From NCBI GenBank assembly GCA_946414595.1, contig CAMKPE010000006.1, positions 15,953 through 79,952 of the forward strand: a stretch of 64,000 nucleotides of DNA, given 5' to 3'. The notes beneath the pieces were generated by a model. That model ran no database searches, was not told the origin of the DNA, and saw nothing but the letters and a program-made list of their open reading frames with translations. This DNA is from an uncultured Clostridium sp. GTDB lineage: Bacteria; Bacillota_I; Bacilli_A; RF39; UBA660. Numbering within the stretch: position 1 is the stretch's first letter; every line of letters starts with the position of its first letter. Positions 20,658-30,041 of this stretch are shown in pieces. The translations under genes were made by a program, and so were the position numbers.

Positions 20658-21783
20658 AATTTTTTTTAATATTTTCTTCTAAGAACTCATTTAACTCTTC
20701 TTCTGTATCTTTATCAAATAGTTCATCTTTTCTTAATAAATAATTATCTCTAATTATATTAGAATGTTCATTTCCATATATTTTTTCTGTCATTTTAATT
20801 AATGAATCTATACTTACTGCTTTACTATTTCTAAGTCTATTATGCATTTTTTCAAATGGCACGTTAAATGCTTTTAAAAGAAGTGATAATTCTTTTAATG
20901 TTTTACTATCTTTACACAAGTCTTTCTTTTCTTCACTATATTTTAAATCATTTATTTCAAGAATAGATAATGCTCCCATAAATCTTTCACCAAATTTATT
21001 TCTTTTCATTACAGATAATGGACACATAAAGAAATTATAATTCATTCTTCTTACATTATTATCTTCATATTTATCTTTTGGAAGTGAATCCATTGATGGA
21101 TCAAATAAATATATTCCATTAATATGATAGATTGGATCGACTACTTCAACAACTGATGTGTAAGAAACACCATCATCTGATTCTGTCTTACCTACAAAAG
21201 CACGGAATCCTAGACATTTTAATACGTAAGTAAACAAAGCATTAAATCCATAAGAATTTGTTTTTCTTTTACTTACTATTTCTGGAAGTAAATCTATGTC
21301 TTTTGAATCAGTATATTCCATTAATTTTACTTCATCATATATCTTCATTATTTGCTCTACTGCTGATAATTCTCTATCATCTAATTTTCTTATATATGCT
21401 TGTAATGATCTATATCTAGGTATATCAGTAAGTTTATATGTATCTTCTATTTTTTGATATGGTATTTTCCATGTTGCAGGATTTTCAAATGATGATGATA
21501 AGAAGATACTGATATCTTTAGGATTTAAATCTATTAATAAATACTTCTCTACTTTTCTGTCATCTATATAGTCACTTATTGTTAATAAGTTCTTAACCAT
21601 TTCAATCGTATCAAGACCACAACTACCTTTAAAGTATATTTGTTGAAGACTATTTGGTGAGAAAATTAAGTCTTTATAGCTCTCTAATTCTTCATTAGAA
21701 AAAGAGTGGTCTATGACTAAATTTTGGACATCAAAGTAATCGAAACTTAACGTATCTTCTTCTTTTGTTTCCAAAACGTTCAT
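20656..21783 (-). CDS. Hypothetical protein with a transglutaminase-core-like segment lacking the catalytic Cys/His
   Basis: Start set at MNVLETKEED (ATG at 21783, GGGGAG RBS). NSYGFNALFTYVLKCLGFRAFVGK...YTSVVEVV...GIYLFDPS resembles the GxCxxFAxLF...GIPARxVxG...HAWVEV...FDP pattern, with Y in place of C and of H. Confidence 0.45.
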   Translation of the reverse strand: MNVLETKEEDTLSFDYFDVQNLVIDHSFSNEELESYKDLIFSPNSLQQIYFKGSCGLDTIEMVKNLLTISDYIDDRKVEKYLLIDLNPKDISIFLSSSFENPATWKIPYQKIEDTYKLTDIPRYRSLQAYIRKLDDRELSAVEQIMKIYDEVKLMEYTDSKDIDLLPEIVSKRKTNSYGFNALFTYVLKCLGFRAFVGKTESDDGVSYTSVVEVVDPIYHINGIYLFDPSMDSLPKDKYEDNNVRRMNYNFFMCPLSVMKRNKFGERFMGALSILEINDLKYSEEKKDLCKDSKTLKELSLLLKAFNVPFEKMHNRLRNSKAVSIDSLIKMTEKIYGNEHSNIIRDNYLLRKDELFDKDTEEELNEFLEENIKKN

Positions 21784-21805
21784 AAAACCACTCCCCACCA
21801 TTGTT

Positions 21806-22999
21806 TTATTTTAGTTTACCTAGTTTACCAAACTTACCTTTAGCACCCTTAAGTCCATTAAATCCACTTAATATGTTAGATTTAAAGCTTCTTGTTTTAC
21901 TCTTTTCAATCTTATAATTTTTCTTAGCATAATTAATCATTTCATCAAGTAATTCAGTGAAGTTCTTATCTTTAGCATCCCATAGATAGAAAGCTAAACT
22001 TCCAGGACATGAATTAATTTCATTGATGTATGCTTTTTTCTTTTTCTTATCAATTAAGAAATCTATTCTTGTTACACCACTTAATCCAACTGCTCTAAAA
22101 GCTTCAAGTGCAACATTTTCAACTTCTTCTCTTAACTTCTTATCAATATCTGCTGGAATCTTTCTTAAAGCACTTGCCATTCCTTTAGAACCTTGCTTTT
22201 TAGTTCCACCAATATATTTATCTTCATATGTTAATAAATCATTATCTGTTAATACTTCTTCTATTTCACTAAGTTTTTGAGTTTCATAGTTTCCTAAAAC
22301 ACTTATATTAACTTCTACTAAGTTTTCAACTTTTTCTTCTACTACTATTTTAGTATCATATTTGATTGCATCTTCAATTGCTTCTTCTAATTGTTTTCTA
22401 TTATCTACTGATGAGATACCTACACTACTACCTAATGTTGCAGGTTTAACAATCATTGGATATTTAATTTTCTTTTCAATATCTTTAATTACTTTATCAC
22501 TATCTAATGTGTAATCACTATCATAGAACCAATGATATTCAGTTATTGGAAGCTTAGTACATTCAAATACTTGTTTTTGAATTACTTTATCTTGAGCTAC
22601 AGCACTTGCCATAACATCGCTTCCTACAAATGGTACTCCAATTGTTTTTAAGTATCCTTGTAATACACCATCTTCTACATTAGTACCATGTACTACTGGA
22701 AGCATTAAATCAACTTCATTAACAATACGTTTAAATGTTCCTTTATTTTGTAGAACAAAAGCATTACCTTTCTTATATAAAACAACATTCTTTGTATATC
22801 TTTTTAATAGATCCATATCTTTATAAGTATCTATTTCTCTTAATACTGCTCCTGTGTACCATTCTCCATCTTTAGCAATATATATAGGTACTATTTCATA
22901 TTTTTCAGTATCAAGTTTATTCATTGCTTGCACTGCTGAAATAATACTTACTTCATGTTCAACTGATTCTCCACCAAAAATTACTCCAACTTTTATCAT
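21806..22999 (-). CDS. ddl: D-alanine--D-alanine ligase with a Lys/Gly-rich C-terminal tail
   Basis: 397 aa. Starts MIKVGVIFGGESVEHEVSI and has an ATP-grasp region plus EINSCPG. Located immediately upstream of the murF-type gene. Confidence 0.93.
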   Translation of the reverse strand: MIKVGVIFGGESVEHEVSIISAVQAMNKLDTEKYEIVPIYIAKDGEWYTGAVLREIDTYKDMDLLKRYTKNVVLYKKGNAFVLQNKGTFKRIVNEVDLMLPVVHGTNVEDGVLQGYLKTIGVPFVGSDVMASAVAQDKVIQKQVFECTKLPITEYHWFYDSDYTLDSDKVIKDIEKKIKYPMIVKPATLGSSVGISSVDNRKQLEEAIEDAIKYDTKIVVEEKVENLVEVNISVLGNYETQKLSEIEEVLTDNDLLTYEDKYIGGTKKQGSKGMASALRKIPADIDKKLREEVENVALEAFRAVGLSGVTRIDFLIDKKKKKAYINEINSCPGSLAFYLWDAKDKNFTELLDEMINYAKKNYKIEKSKTRSFKSNILSGFNGLKGAKGKFGKLGKLK

Positions 23000-23008
23000 A
23001 AAATCCTC

Positions 23009-24625
23009 CTATTCAGTATATGTGTCTGGTAAATCATTCTCAAATAATGCATATATTTCTTTCTTTGCTTTTAATTTATTAATTAATGTATATGCTTCTC
23101 TTACATCATTTGTAACGAATATTTTATCTTCATTATATTTCTTTTCTAATAATCCATCTTTAATTGGTTTTGTTTTCTTTTGTCCTACTAAGATAACAAA
23201 ATCTGCAACTTTTGCAATTTGACGACCAAATTCTTTATTTAGTTCATCTTCTTTTTCTCCTAATTCAATCATACCTGGAGTTACAACAACTTTAGTTCCA
23301 TCCATCATATCAAGAACATCAAGTGCACTTTTAGCTCCTACTGGATTTGAATTATAAGCATCATCTATTTGATAGAAATTACCTAATCTTTTAATCTCTA
23401 GTCTATGCTCTACTGGTTGAACTCTTCTTACTCCTTGTTGTAATTCTTTAATTGAAAGTCCAAATTCATAACCTAAAGCAATTGCAGATAAGATATTATA
23501 AACATTATGTTTTCCAAGTAATTTTGTTTCAAAAGAATATTTCTTCTTATCACCTTTAAATGTAACATCGAAAGTAGTTCCTTTACTAGTACATTTAATA
23601 TTAGATGCTTTTACATCAACATCATTACTATCTATTCCTATCCATAATATCTTACATGGATTTTCATTCTTGATTTTATATCCTTTTTGTTTAGAATCAT
23701 CTTTATTTAATACTCCAACTCCATCTTCTGGAAGTGCTTCTATTAATTCCATTTTTCCATCAATAATATTTTGTTCACTTCCAAATGTTTCTAAGTGAGC
23801 TGTTCCTATTGAAGTAATTATTCCATATTTAGGAGTAACAAGTTTACATAATCCACTTATTTCACCTTTTACGTATGCTCCCATTTCTGCTATAAACACA
23901 TCTTCAAATTTAGTTAAGCTATTGTTTATAACAATCATCAATCCATTAAATGTATTAATACTCTTTGGACTAGCAAGTGAAGTGTACTTAATATTTAATA
24001 CATCATTTAATACATTCTTACAACTTGTTTTTCCATAGCTTCCTGTAATACCTACAATCTTTAAATCAGGCATTGATTTAAGTTTGTTCTTAGCTTGTTT
24101 TTCAAACTTATGATATATAAGTCTTTCAATTGGATGATTAATAACATTTGCAAGATATATCATTAAGTAATTTAGACATATCAATACTGAAAGTGCTATT
24201 AAAGATACATCTCTAAATTGTTCATTATATATAAAGAAACAAGTTGGTATTATATACAAAATTGCAAGAGTTACAATCAATCTTTTAACTCTTTTTGTAA
24301 TAACAAGAGGTTTCTTATTTTGATCTTGTTTTCTTTTTTCTTTTTCTATTAAGTAACTAACTAAATAAACAAGTACTAATACTCCAATGAAGAAGATATC
24401 TAATTCTTCCATTGTTGAATATAAAAGTAATACGGAAAATAATATTCCATATAGATTTATATTTAAAAATGTTTGTTTCTTATTCTTGAATATCCATCTT
24501 AAATATCTATTGTTTTCATTGTATAAGTTTTGTTGCAACATATGAATTGATTTTTTACTTATATAAATAACATAAATATATTCAACAAAAAGTAAAAAAT
24601 ATGTTAGTAATATCATATTATCCAT
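23009..24625 (-). CDS. murF: MurF-type Mur ligase (UDP-MurNAc-tripeptide--D-Ala-D-Ala ligase-like) with an N-terminal multi-TM region
   Basis: 538 aa. P-loop GITGSYGKTS lies near aa 195, and DDAYNSNP is the MurF-type signature. The first ~185 aa are 4-5 hydrophobic helices in place of the usual soluble N-domain. Confidence 0.8.
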   Translation of the reverse strand: MDNMILLTYFLLFVEYIYVIYISKKSIHMLQQNLYNENNRYLRWIFKNKKQTFLNINLYGILFSVLLLYSTMEELDIFFIGVLVLVYLVSYLIEKEKRKQDQNKKPLVITKRVKRLIVTLAILYIIPTCFFIYNEQFRDVSLIALSVLICLNYLMIYLANVINHPIERLIYHKFEKQAKNKLKSMPDLKIVGITGSYGKTSCKNVLNDVLNIKYTSLASPKSINTFNGLMIVINNSLTKFEDVFIAEMGAYVKGEISGLCKLVTPKYGIITSIGTAHLETFGSEQNIIDGKMELIEALPEDGVGVLNKDDSKQKGYKIKNENPCKILWIGIDSNDVDVKASNIKCTSKGTTFDVTFKGDKKKYSFETKLLGKHNVYNILSAIALGYEFGLSIKELQQGVRRVQPVEHRLEIKRLGNFYQIDDAYNSNPVGAKSALDVLDMMDGTKVVVTPGMIELGEKEDELNKEFGRQIAKVADFVILVGQKKTKPIKDGLLEKKYNEDKIFVTNDVREAYTLINKLKAKKEIYALFENDLPDTYTE

Positions 24626-24629
24626 ATTA

Positions 24630-25361
24630 TCACTCCTTAATAAATGTTTTTATTACATTACATACTGGATTTAAGAATTCAATATAAGTATAGTGGCTTC
24701 CACCTTCGTATACTACTAATCCAGCATCTGGCATAATAGTTTCTAATTCTCTTGCTTCTTCAATTGGTGCTTCAGTATCATTATCTCCCCATATTAATAA
24801 TGTTGGGCTTTTAATCTTTTTAGCACATTCAGTTAAATCTTCATTAACTGTATTAACAAGTATTTCTCTCATTATTGGAGAAGCATTTCTATAATCACGA
24901 GATCCAATATGCTTTTTAGCAAAACCTTCAAGCTTATTTAATCCAGGAACTTTCTTTAGTGATTTAAGTACTTTTGTTTTTGCACTCATCTTTTGTTGTT
25001 TTCTTATACATGGTGCTCCAAGAAGTATAACTTTTTCTGTATCGTATTTAGATGCATATACAATAGATACTCTACCACCAAATGAATGCCCTATTAAGAT
25101 AGGTTTCTTTATTTTTAATTTATCTAATAACTCTTTTACCACTTCACAATAATCATATATTGTTAAAGCTTCTTTAGGTTCACTTGACTCTCCATGTCCT
25201 GGTAAATCAATAACGGTAACTGTTGCTATATTTTCTAGTTTTTTTCCAATTGGATTCATCATTTCTATGTTCTGTCCCCAACCATGTAATAAAACTACAT
25301 TCTTTTTACCTTTACCATATTGTATGTAATTTATATCAATATTTTTAATATTAGTTATCAT
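24630..25361 (-). CDS. Alpha/beta-fold hydrolase
   Basis: Contains LLHGWG, GHSFGGR and LLIWGDNDTEAP. ATG at 25361 follows AAGGTG (the track start is a GTG at 25370). Paralogue of 6402-7145. Confidence 0.75.
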   Translation of the reverse strand: MITNIKNIDINYIQYGKGKKNVVLLHGWGQNIEMMNPIGKKLENIATVTVIDLPGHGESSEPKEALTIYDYCEVVKELLDKLKIKKPILIGHSFGGRVSIVYASKYDTEKVILLGAPCIRKQQKMSAKTKVLKSLKKVPGLNKLEGFAKKHIGSRDYRNASPIMREILVNTVNEDLTECAKKIKSPTLLIWGDNDTEAPIEEARELETIMPDAGLVVYEGGSHYTYIEFLNPVCNVIKTFIKE

Positions 25362-25379
25362 CTTAAACACCTTAGGTTA

Positions 25380-25408
25380 ATTATAACAATTTTTAGCCTT
25401 TTATTCAA
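25380..25408 (-). promoter_or_regulatory. Sigma-A-type promoter upstream of the hydrolase-murF-ddl block
   Basis: Minus strand: TTGAAT (25403-25408), 17-nt spacer, TG-extended TATAAT (25380-25385). Confidence 0.55.
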
Positions 25409-25442
25409 TTTTTTGGGCAGTATTTACATATAATTTTACAAA

Positions 25443-25471
25443 GAAAAAGAGACTATATTAATGAGTCTCTT
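25443..25471 (-). terminator. Terminator hairpin overlapping the yqeH stop codon
   Basis: 8-bp stem AAGAGACT/AGTCTCTT (25447-25454 and 25464-25471) with a 9-nt loop containing the TAG stop, then a U-run on the minus strand. Confidence 0.5.
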
Positions 25472-26460
25472 ACGAATACTTCTGTATTGCTTAGAACATA
25501 GATATCAACCAGTGCTTTTTCAGTTATCTTGATAAATCCTAGCCCATTGATAACTAGGTCTTGATGATACCCAACTTCCATTGTCATTTTTGTTAAATCA
25601 TTTAACTCTTCACATCTAGAAGTTTCTTTTTTATCCTTCTCTAAATCATTTGACACAAAAAATGTAAAACTGTTTTTATCTCCCTCTAGATAATCTATTC
25701 TAAAGAGTTTTTCTATTATTACACTTTGCCCTTCTCTCATTTGATAAGTATAAGGATCAATCTCTTTTTTAGCATTTACTCTTTTAATTGTATCAAAGTC
25801 TAAATAGTTAACTATATTTCCTCTATCTATAAGACCTGGAGTATCTATTAATGTTAAATCATCAGTTAATTTAATAACTACTTTGTTTAATGTAGTTGAT
25901 GGTAGTGGTGAAATAGTTAATTCATACTTTTCATCGCCATAGTTTTGTACCATCTTATTTATTAACGTACTCTTACCTACATTGGTGTGACCAATAACAT
26001 AAACATTCTTACTAGATTTATGTTTCTTAATCATTAACAATAGTTCATCCATATTATAGTTTTTATTAGAACTAATAATGATAATATCTTGATAATCTAA
26101 ACCTAAGTTCTTGAAATAATCTTTTATTTTATCATCATTAACACTTCTTGGAAGAATATCTCTTTTAGTTAATACAAGTATTAATCTATTAGTTATATAG
26201 TTTCTGATCATCTTAATATCTTTTTCAATATTTAATAAATCAACCATATAAAGTACTAAATCTTTAGTTTCATTAACACTTTTTAAAATATCTATATATT
26301 CTTCATTTGATTTAGTAGTAATCTGATAATCACCATAATTTCTTAATTTAAAACATCTTGAACATATATCATTTGCTAAATCTGGAGTATATCCATCATA
26401 TAACATATTAGAATCTTGAAGTTTTACACCACATCCAATGCAATATTTATCTTCATTCAT
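25453..26460 (-). CDS. yqeH: Ribosome-biogenesis GTPase YqeH (circularly permuted GTPase with an N-terminal zinc finger)
   Basis: Contains CIGCGVKLQ...CSRC, then TKRD before GHTNVGKSTLIN and DTPG (permuted G4-G1-G3 order). Directly downstream of yqeG, as in Bacillus. Confidence 0.9.
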   Translation of the reverse strand: MNEDKYCIGCGVKLQDSNMLYDGYTPDLANDICSRCFKLRNYGDYQITTKSNEEYIDILKSVNETKDLVLYMVDLLNIEKDIKMIRNYITNRLILVLTKRDILPRSVNDDKIKDYFKNLGLDYQDIIIISSNKNYNMDELLLMIKKHKSSKNVYVIGHTNVGKSTLINKMVQNYGDEKYELTISPLPSTTLNKVVIKLTDDLTLIDTPGLIDRGNIVNYLDFDTIKRVNAKKEIDPYTYQMREGQSVIIEKLFRIDYLEGDKNSFTFFVSNDLEKDKKETSRCEELNDLTKMTMEVGYHQDLVINGLGFIKITEKALVDIYVLSNTEVFVRDSLI

Positions 26461-26974
26461 AATATTCTCCTTTAATAAATGTTTTCTTCTTTGCCAAACG
26501 TTTTAAATGTTTCTTTTCAAAGAATCTATTGATTCCAGTACATTTAAGTTCTTCATTTGATAAAGGTTCTACTAAAACTGTAAATATACCAAATCTATTA
26601 CCACCTAGAATATCTGTCATTATTTGGTCTCCAATAATACACATATCTTCTTTTTTATAATTATTCTCTTTTAATACTTTTTTAAATCCCTTAGAGAAAG
26701 GTTTCATAGCTGAGCCTACATAGTGAATTCCTAAAGCATCTGCTACTGTAGTTAATCTTTCTTTATGAGAATTATTAGAAATAATATAAATATTAAAATC
26801 TTTCTTTAGTTTTTCCATTAATTTGCATGTATCTTTTGTAGGAGACGAACTATTAACTTCTACTAAAGTATTATCAAGATCAAATATTAGACACTTTATC
26901 TTCATCTTCTTAAGTTTCTCATAGTTGATTTTTTGAATACTTGGTTGATACATTTTTGGAACATATTTATCCAT
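26453..26974 (-). CDS. yqeG: YqeG-family HAD phosphatase
   Basis: 173 aa. Has the HAD motif I LIFDLDNTLV and IGDQIMTDILGG. Overlaps yqeH by 8 nt. Confidence 0.85.
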   Translation of the reverse strand: MDKYVPKMYQPSIQKINYEKLKKMKIKCLIFDLDNTLVEVNSSSPTKDTCKLMEKLKKDFNIYIISNNSHKERLTTVADALGIHYVGSAMKPFSKGFKKVLKENNYKKEDMCIIGDQIMTDILGGNRFGIFTVLVEPLSNEELKCTGINRFFEKKHLKRLAKKKTFIKGEYYE

Positions 26975-27005
26975 AAAATCATCCTTTATAAAGAGAAAAC
27001 TTAGA

Positions 27006-28445
27006 TTATTCTAAGTTTATTTTTTCTAATCTCTTTGTTTTCTCAATTTCTTTTTCTTTCTCTTTTTCTTCAATCTTTTTCTTTTCTTTTTTGTTTTCAA
27101 TAACCAATTTAATAAAGATTACAAGTAATACTATAAATATTGTTAAACTTAAAATCAAGAAAAAGTTAATTCTATTATCTTTTTTGAATGTTATTGTATA
27201 GTAACTTTCAACGTTTTTAGTACCATCTTTTGCACTTACTGTTATTGTAAGTGTATCACCTGCTTTAAGGTTAGATACCTCTTTATCCATTGAGTAAACT
27301 GCCTCTTCAGGATTATTTAAAACTGGTTTAATAACTAAAGATTCAATATCTTTTGATCTATAAGTTAATTCATAGTCAAATTTACCTTTTTTGAAATTCA
27401 AACTGTCTTTATAATTAAATAATTCGATATTCTTTAATGTTGTGTCTATTTCACTATCTACATTGTTAATTAATACTTTATATACTTTTTCTTCTTGTTT
27501 TTCACTTGTTACTGTTATTATTATCTCGTTTTGACCAATAACTAGTTTTTCTGGTTTCTTAACTACTACAGTTGCATTAGGATCAACTGGTTCTGCAGTT
27601 ATATCTACTGTTTCAAGTTTATGAGTTATAACTGAATATGTTAATTGATCTTGTGAGAATGTATCAAGTAATTTTGGATTTGAATTAATAATTATATTTT
27701 TTAAATTATTATTTGTTCCTCTATTATCATTTCTCTTAATATTTAATGTATATGTTTTTTCATCTCCACTTGCTGATACTACTATTATATTAACTTTGTT
27801 ATCACCGTATTCAAGTGGTACAGATTTTTTAGGTCCACTATTATCTTTAAATGTTGCTGTTTTATCATTAAGTGTTGATTCAATATTAGCGGTAGTAACA
27901 CTAGGTTCTACTTGAAGATCATAAACAAATTGATTTGCAGATAATATAACTGCTTCACCATTTAATTTAATTTCCTTTAATGTATTATCAGTTGATTTAA
28001 TATCAATTGTTTTTGATACTTTATCAAGAGTATTTATTGTTTCATCTTCTTTGTTTCTTGTTGATGCTTCAAGTGTAATTATAGTATTTGATTTAGATAC
28101 ATCTTTTTTAACTTTGAATCTGATGATTGCAATTGTTGTATCTCCTTTAATTCCACTATTGTGAGCAAAATCAAGAGCAAGAGGTGATTCTCTTTTAAAC
28201 TCTGTATTGTCAATCCAATTATCTTTATTTTCAATACTTAATATTTCAAGTACTGATGTTTCATAAGTAAGTGTTGCCTTAAAATCGTCAATAGCAACAT
28301 CATTAGATACAACTATACTAATCGATATTTCTTGATCTGGGCTTGCTTTGTCTGGAGCTTTGATAATTGCTTTCGACTCTGCAAAAACATTAATTGGAAT
28401 TAAAAATAATATAAATAAACATATATATTCTTTTATTCTTTTCAT
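27006..28445 (-). CDS. Cell-surface protein: signal peptide, cohesin-like module, three cadherin-like beta-sandwich repeats, C-terminal TM anchor
   Basis: 479 aa. FKATLTYETSVLEILSIEN...TTIAIIRFKVKK is cohesin-like. Repeats start LKEIKLNGE, LKNIIINS and LKNIELFN. A C-terminal hydrophobic helix is followed by a K/E tail. Confidence 0.7.
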   Translation of the reverse strand: MKRIKEYICLFILFLIPINVFAESKAIIKAPDKASPDQEISISIVVSNDVAIDDFKATLTYETSVLEILSIENKDNWIDNTEFKRESPLALDFAHNSGIKGDTTIAIIRFKVKKDVSKSNTIITLEASTRNKEDETINTLDKVSKTIDIKSTDNTLKEIKLNGEAVILSANQFVYDLQVEPSVTTANIESTLNDKTATFKDNSGPKKSVPLEYGDNKVNIIVVSASGDEKTYTLNIKRNDNRGTNNNLKNIIINSNPKLLDTFSQDQLTYSVITHKLETVDITAEPVDPNATVVVKKPEKLVIGQNEIIITVTSEKQEEKVYKVLINNVDSEIDTTLKNIELFNYKDSLNFKKGKFDYELTYRSKDIESLVIKPVLNNPEEAVYSMDKEVSNLKAGDTLTITVSAKDGTKNVESYYTITFKKDNRINFFLILSLTIFIVLLVIFIKLVIENKKEKKKIEEKEKEKEIEKTKRLEKINLE

Positions 28446-28453
28446 ATTTCCTC

Positions 28454-29974
28454 CTAGTTATTTATTCCTTGACGACATATTACACTAGAATCTAAAACTT
28501 CAAATTTATAACCATTATCTAATCCGTATTTTACTATTGATTCAATTGCGTTTGCTGTATGTCCTTTTATGTCATGCATTAATATTACATTACCTCTTGA
28601 TTTAGATAATGAGTTTACTACATTTCTATATTCTACGTTTGGATCTGTTGTTCCTCCAGCGTCACCACTAGATATATTCCAATCGAAGTATGTATAACCT
28701 TTATCTAATGCTTCATAAGCAAGTCTTGTCATTATTCCACTGCTATAGTGTCTACTTACTGTATTTGATACTCCTCCTGGGAATCTAAGTAATTGTGAAT
28801 CGTATCCTGAAACATTTTTGATTGCATTTCTTGTTCTTGTTACTTCATCCCAAAAGGCATCACTAGATTTATATATTTGGCTATACTCATGGCTCCATGT
28901 ATGGATACCAACAGCATGTCCTTCATTTACTTCTCTTTTTATTAAGTTTGCATTTGAATTTACTTTTGATCCTAATACAAAGAATGTTGCTTTAACATTA
29001 TATTTCTTTAGTACATCTAATATCTTAGTTGTATAAGCTGCATTTGGTCCATCATCAAATGTTAAATATATAACTCCTGCTTTACCACATGTGTAATTTG
29101 AAGATATTTTTGTATAACTTTTTTGTACTACTACACTTCTTGTTTTTGTAGTTGTGTTATTTAAGCTATCAGTGGAAGTATATGTTAATGTATAAGTTCC
29201 TGCTGTTGAAGTATTTACAGTACCAGTTACTTTTACTGAGCTAGATAAATCACCTTCACATTTATCTATAGAAGTATATCCTGGCTCATTATATTTATTA
29301 TTAATAACAACATATACTGTTGCATTTCCCTTTAATGTTAATTCAGGTCCTTCTTTGTCTTCTCTTACAAGTGTTCTTGTAACTTTTGTCTTATTTCCAC
29401 TTGAGTCACTTACTGAATATTCAACTTTGTCTTCGCTTGGTGTTCTTTCAACTTTATCAGTAATATCTCCATCATAGTTATCTACTGCAGTAAATCCATC
29501 TTCTTCATATTCTTGCTTTGGACAAATCTTCTTTTCAGTATCTCCTGCAAGATCTATTTCTGGCTTTTTAGTATCAACTATGTTTACTTCTCTTTCTTTA
29601 GTAGCGATTACTTTATTTTTTCTTACTTTGTATTTTAAAGTATATGTCCCAAGTTTAGTTTCATCAACTTTTCCTTCAATCCATACTTTTTCGGTAAGAT
29701 CATTGCCTAAGTAAGAAGCTTTATATCCTGGTTCTTTATATCTTTCTCCATACTCTATTGTTACTACTTTTTTACCAATAAGTTTTAGTTTAGGTACAAA
29801 AAAGATAAAGAATACAAATACTACAAAAACGATAGATAAAAGAGCAATACCTAAGATAGAAAAGCTCTTTTTATTAATCTTTGTTTTCTTCTTAGTTTTT
29901 TCTTTTTTAGGTTCTTTTTTTTCTACTTCTTTTTCTTCTTCAATTGTGTTTTCTTCTAATGTTTCTTCTTCCAT
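28454..29974 (-). CDS. Membrane-anchored polysaccharide (peptidoglycan) deacetylase, NodB family, with two Ig-like modules
   Basis: 506 aa. Has an N-terminal TM helix and two PGY...GTYTLxY modules. The NodB domain carries YLTFDDGPN and GIHTWSH. Confidence 0.85.
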   Translation of the reverse strand: MEEETLEENTIEEEKEVEKKEPKKEKTKKKTKINKKSFSILGIALLSIVFVVFVFFIFFVPKLKLIGKKVVTIEYGERYKEPGYKASYLGNDLTEKVWIEGKVDETKLGTYTLKYKVRKNKVIATKEREVNIVDTKKPEIDLAGDTEKKICPKQEYEEDGFTAVDNYDGDITDKVERTPSEDKVEYSVSDSSGNKTKVTRTLVREDKEGPELTLKGNATVYVVINNKYNEPGYTSIDKCEGDLSSSVKVTGTVNTSTAGTYTLTYTSTDSLNNTTTKTRSVVVQKSYTKISSNYTCGKAGVIYLTFDDGPNAAYTTKILDVLKKYNVKATFFVLGSKVNSNANLIKREVNEGHAVGIHTWSHEYSQIYKSSDAFWDEVTRTRNAIKNVSGYDSQLLRFPGGVSNTVSRHYSSGIMTRLAYEALDKGYTYFDWNISSGDAGGTTDPNVEYRNVVNSLSKSRGNVILMHDIKGHTANAIESIVKYGLDNGYKFEVLDSSVICRQGINN

Positions 29975-30041
29975 AAGTATAACCTCTACCTTATATCTAC
30001 ATTATACTTAAAAATCAATAAAAAGTCCATATAAATGACAT

